Shown: piece by piece, positions 60,201 to 64,000 of the stretch
How positions within the stretch are numbered: the first letter of the stretch is position 1
Layout: the number at the start of each line of letters is the position of its first letter
Assembly: GCA_016748015.1 (NCBI GenBank)
Contig: JAAOMT010000375.1
Coordinates: forward strand, 2,946 to 66,945
Origin: Geosiphon pyriformis uo1
Taxonomy: Eukaryota > Fungi > Glomeromycota
Length of the DNA: 64,000 nucleotides
Direction: 5' to 3'
The notes under the pieces: generated by a model
What the model was told of the DNA's origin: nothing
The model's database searches: none
Seen by the model: the letters and a program-made list of their open reading frames with translations, nothing else
Made by a program: the position numbers and the translations under genes

Positions 60201-61710
60201 GTATTTTTCTAATTTCTGATTAATGGAATCACTAAATTGTTTTAATTTGGAATCCAATTCAGATGATCCATTCATTACTAGGTTAATGGCTTAGGCATAA
60301 TTAGCTTCGAGTTCAGCAGCTTCAAAATCTCAGGCATTTGTGATGGTTGCTTGCGGATTGATAGGATGTATTGGACGTATGCATTGCAGGATGCTACTGC
60401 ATAATCTGCAAATAAACTGATTTAGGATCTGGGCCACTGTGAAATAATTGGCATTGATGGCTTGGATCTGGCACAGATTTCTGTGGAAGTGTCCTAAGTA
60501 AGTAATAACTGCTTCCTTTTCTCTTTGTTTGATGGTAGTGAATGTGTTTGCTAGCCTGTTAATGCTGTTATTGTTGCTGAAGTATCTTAAGAACTCAATT
60601 TTGAATGCATTGAAATCTTAGAATTTGTTGACCAAGCTTTGGTCCCATAAATCAGCAGTATCCTGGAAAAAATATGGGATAGCTTGCATGGCTCTGGTGT
60701 CATTCCATCCATTAGCTGCAATGGCTTTTTCTATATTATTTAGCCATACTTGGGCATCATCTTCTTTGCTGGTAAATTTTTCAAGTTTGGCTATTGATAC
60801 ATATGCCATTGGATCTAAGTTGTGTTGTGGTTGCTGCTGAATTTGTTGTTAAGATAGCAGTTGTGGCTGTTGTTGCTATTGGGCATTTGGTGGAGCTGGT
60901 GGTGGATTGATCATGATTACTGGAGGTAAGTGCTGATTAATTACATTGGAATTTTGATTATTCTGATTTTCCAGAGTTTGATTAACCAGAGTTTTAATTT
61001 CTGAATGTTCTAGGATCAGGTTTTGCTTATTAACTTCCCAATTGCTACTCTCTTCTTCCTTGGAGTTGGTTATTTCCCAAGGACTAATGGCTTTGAAATC
61101 TGGTTGTGGTGGTGGTGATCAAATTCCTGATGGCATTGGGGATTGTGATTTAAATCTCTTGAAATAATTGCCATATGTTTCTAATAACTCTGTCTTCTTT
61201 TGTTTACTTTGGAATGGGATTCTGTTTAGTGGCATTGTTGTGCTTGTTGTAGTTGTGTTTATTATATTGATAGTAATTCCAGGTGTGTGGTGATATGATG
61301 GATTAGCAGGTGAATCAAACCTTTGTTTCTTTTAAGTAGGTAGTTGGATTTGCTTTGGTGTTTTTGCTGGTGTTTGTAGTCTTTCTTTGCTTTTGTTTGC
61401 AAAAGTAATAAGAAATCTCTGTTTGGTGTATTTTTCAATTTCTTTGTTTATTTCTGTAATTAGGGGTGCAAATAGGTAATTTTGTGGAAGGGTGGTGCTT
61501 TGGAGTAATTCACTGAAAAAGTTGTTAAAGGCAGATTCTGGATCTTCTTGGTCTTCCAAGTGATATACTACTCTTTTGTTGACATAGTAATTGAAAGCTG
61601 ATTTAGTTGGCCAACTATTATTTGTTAATCCAAAATGAGTGTGATAGTATTAAAATAAGAATTTTGCAAATCCTAAATGGTTTGTTCCTATTTCTTTGGA
61701 TTCTGCCACT
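54240..61710 (-). pseudogene. gag-pol of element D with nonsense mutations
   Basis: Capsid (LEKFTSKEDDAQVWL), CHYCGKQRHLQIDC knuckle, protease LILDSGS, dUTPase, RT (MPFGLMNAPATFQ, YLND), RNase H (HPIAYASKSL), integrase with GPY/F tail (FKIGDKVLL..PKWDGSF). Confidence 0.93.
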
Positions 61711-61751
61711 GTTTGGATGATTATGGTTGGTGCTGTTTTCTGTAGAATTAT

Positions 61752-61769
61752 ACCTCATAGGGAGCACCA
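61752..61769 (-). promoter_or_regulatory. tRNA primer-binding site TGGTGCTCCCTATGAGGT
   Basis: Starts 2 nt inside the 5' LTR boundary with TGG, the complement of tRNA CCA. Confidence 0.85.
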
Positions 61770-61771
61770 AA

Positions 61772-62660
61772 TGTTACAGATGCTTATTTGGGTCTCAAAT
61801 CAAATAACAAATCTGTAACTTGGTGTTCAATATCTTGACAATGCTGGTGATACTAGTATGTTAGTTGTATCTAAAGGTTTTAGAGTTGAGTCTTTTGTAT
61901 AATGGACAGAAATTCTTTGTTAATGTTATTTACAGTTGTCTTGTAAGTTGTTTCCAATTTCTTTTTCAGCTTGGTGGCCAGATTTATTCTAGCAGTCATG
62001 CCCTTCTGGTAAGCTATCCATTAATATATATATAATTTTACCCTATTTCTGGGTCTTTTATCAGGCTATCCGTGATGTCAATTACTCAATGCTTTAATCC
62101 TTAACCAGTTAATATATGACAGTAAAAATAAAAAAAATAAAAAAATAAAAGAAAATAAAAAAATAAGCCAAGACAATGTGCACGTTAGTATTTTATTAAT
62201 AGCCATGATCAAAAGCTATTGTTCCAGCGTGGTTAAGTATCAATTACTATCAACATAAAATGTTGATAGTGGAGAATGAATTTGGATAGTGAATGATTTA
62301 TTTATTTAATATTTTTGAATGGAAGATTTTTAACTAAAAGATTCTTTTTCTTTCTACTTCTAATGCTACTGTTATATATACATAATTGATGTTCTATAAG
62401 ATCGCTCATATTCTTGAGCAATGTGCTATAATTTTTTGAACAATGCTCACATTGCTGAGTGATGTGCTCTAATTTTCTAACATTGCTCCATATTGCTAAG
62501 TAATATGCCATGTTTTCTGACATTGCTCCATATTGTTGAGCAATATGCTGTAATTTCTATTATTGCTCTATATTATTGAGCAATGTGTTTACATACTACA
62601 TATTATTCACTCATTGGTCTACTATTCTCCTTATATCTGTTTTTCTTTTTATGAGTAACA
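61772..62660 (-). repeat. 5' LTR of element D
   Basis: Direct repeat of 52637-53530, adjacent to the PBS. Confidence 0.95.
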
Positions 62661-64000
62661 CTGTCTTCACAAGTAACTCTGTTGAATTTTCTATAATCTA
62701 CACAAAAACGGATTTTCTTGTTCTTTTTATAAACTAGTACCACTGGCAATAACCATGAATTTATGGATAGTTGAATTAACCCATTGTCTAGCATCTGATT
62801 GATTTCCTGTTAGATGATTTCATGGCTGGCTGGTGGTATTTTGTATGCTTTTTGTTTAATTAGCATGGCATCTCCAGTCTTGATCTAATGCTGAATAATG
62901 TCAGTTCTGCCAAACTTATTTTCACTCATAAAGATATTAGTGAAATTTTTAAGTAGCATCTTGATTTACATATGTTACAGTGGATCTAAGTTTCCCAAGT
63001 TTATTTGTTTTAATTGTTCTGATTGAAGCAAATAGCATTTATTTCGTCTATATATAGCTTGTGATGTGATATCCACATATTCACATAGTTGTGAGAAGTC
63101 TGGAATGTGGTTTGGTAATTGGTTCTCAACTTCAATGGTTAAATATCTAATAATAGTTTTTTCTGGTATTTCAACAATATCTCCAGTTATGTTGTAAATG
63201 AAAATTTTGATATAATGGTAGTTCTTAGCTAGTATATAGAGATTAATAAATCCAATCTCTTCTGACTCACAAATAGTTGGCTCTACTTCAAAAATCTGGG
63301 CTTGATTCTTTACTTTCCTTTCTATTGTTAATATGTACTGGTCATATAATAGAATGGAAATTGATTAATGGATGAAAATAATTTCTTTTTTGTCAATAAC
63401 TTTTTTTTCTGCCATATTAACTGATACATCTATTCTATCTGTGAATCCAAATTCACTAATCCTTCTAGCTGTAATCCCTAATTCTTCTTGGTTTCTTATT
63501 AATACTAACTGAGCTATTTTAACTAAAAGCAGGAATATTGCCTGTGCTATCTTTTTGTTTGGTTCTATAATGTAGGTTTTTTCTGAGTCATTTTGTAGTA
63601 TTGCAATAATATTTTCTACATATCTTGTATCAATTATTCCTCTTTGTATATTAATTCTCTTTTTTACTAAACTATTTCTGGATGCTAGTTGAACCATGGT
63701 GGTTGCTAGAATTTCCAGTGCTATTTTGAGATTAATGCAGATGTGCAAATATGGTTTCAATTTGATGACTTTTTTTTTTGGGTATCTTAGATCAAGCTTT
63801 ACATCAGTATCATGTGTACATTCTGGTATAATACCTTCATTATTATTACTGAACCATTTCAGTTTCTGCTTCTTGATAAGATCAGGGAGTATAATGTATT
63901 GTTCAGAATTTAAATTGGAGTTTGAATCATTGTTATTTTGGTTGCCATTTTGAATAGAGCTGGAACCATTATTTTTGTTATTGTCAGTGTCAGAGTTTGA

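Larger units (their letters stand above)
52637..62660 (-). mobile_element. Complete Ty3/Gypsy element D (10,024 bp): gag-PR-Cys-rich-dUTPase-RT-RH-IN plus ORF3
   Basis: Two LTRs of about 890 bp, perfect 4-bp TSD CTGT (52633-52636 and 62661-62664), PBS and PPT. Confidence 0.96.
51717..64000 (-). mobile_element. Gypsy element E, host of element D: partial 3' LTR 51717-52100 fused by deletion to RT 52101-52632; RT N-terminus and dUTPase at 62661-64000
   Basis: The RT reads across the D insertion (RVTCEDS|YLTPQIQELFDTF); the dUTPase ORF is at 63365-63760. Confidence 0.85.

Overview
Eukaryotic, very AT-rich fungal DNA. The intron style and the repeat and gene families suggest Glomeromycotina or Mucoromycota (Geosiphon-like); this is an inference. 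About 90% of the window is nested and mostly decayed transposons. These comprise two full-length RNase H-bearing LINEs (5301-13005 +, 19640-26468 -), at least six Ty3/Gypsy elements or fragments of a dUTPase-carrying lineage, several solo LTRs and a hAT fossil. One Gypsy copy is complete, with LTRs, PBS, PPT and a 4-bp TSD (52637-62660). A 5-kb island holds two convergent intact host genes: a seven-zinc-knuckle GIS2/CNBP orthologue (31330-32507 +) and an OTU1/YOD1 deubiquitinase (33451-35697 -). Best leads: (1) OTU1 reads most plausibly through a single-nucleotide exon at 34842; (2) five Gypsy copies with different LTRs share an uncharacterised third ORF after integrase that ends in DF(D)GAQS-stop directly on the PPT; (3) TEs show RIP-like C-to-T decay that is not restricted to CpG; (4) all seven readable Gypsy target sites are centred on CA/TG/CG; (5) a G(A/T)(A/T) repeat tract, the known Gis2 binding motif, lies upstream of the GIS2 gene itself. 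All alignments and translations were done by eye, and boundaries of decayed elements are approximate.
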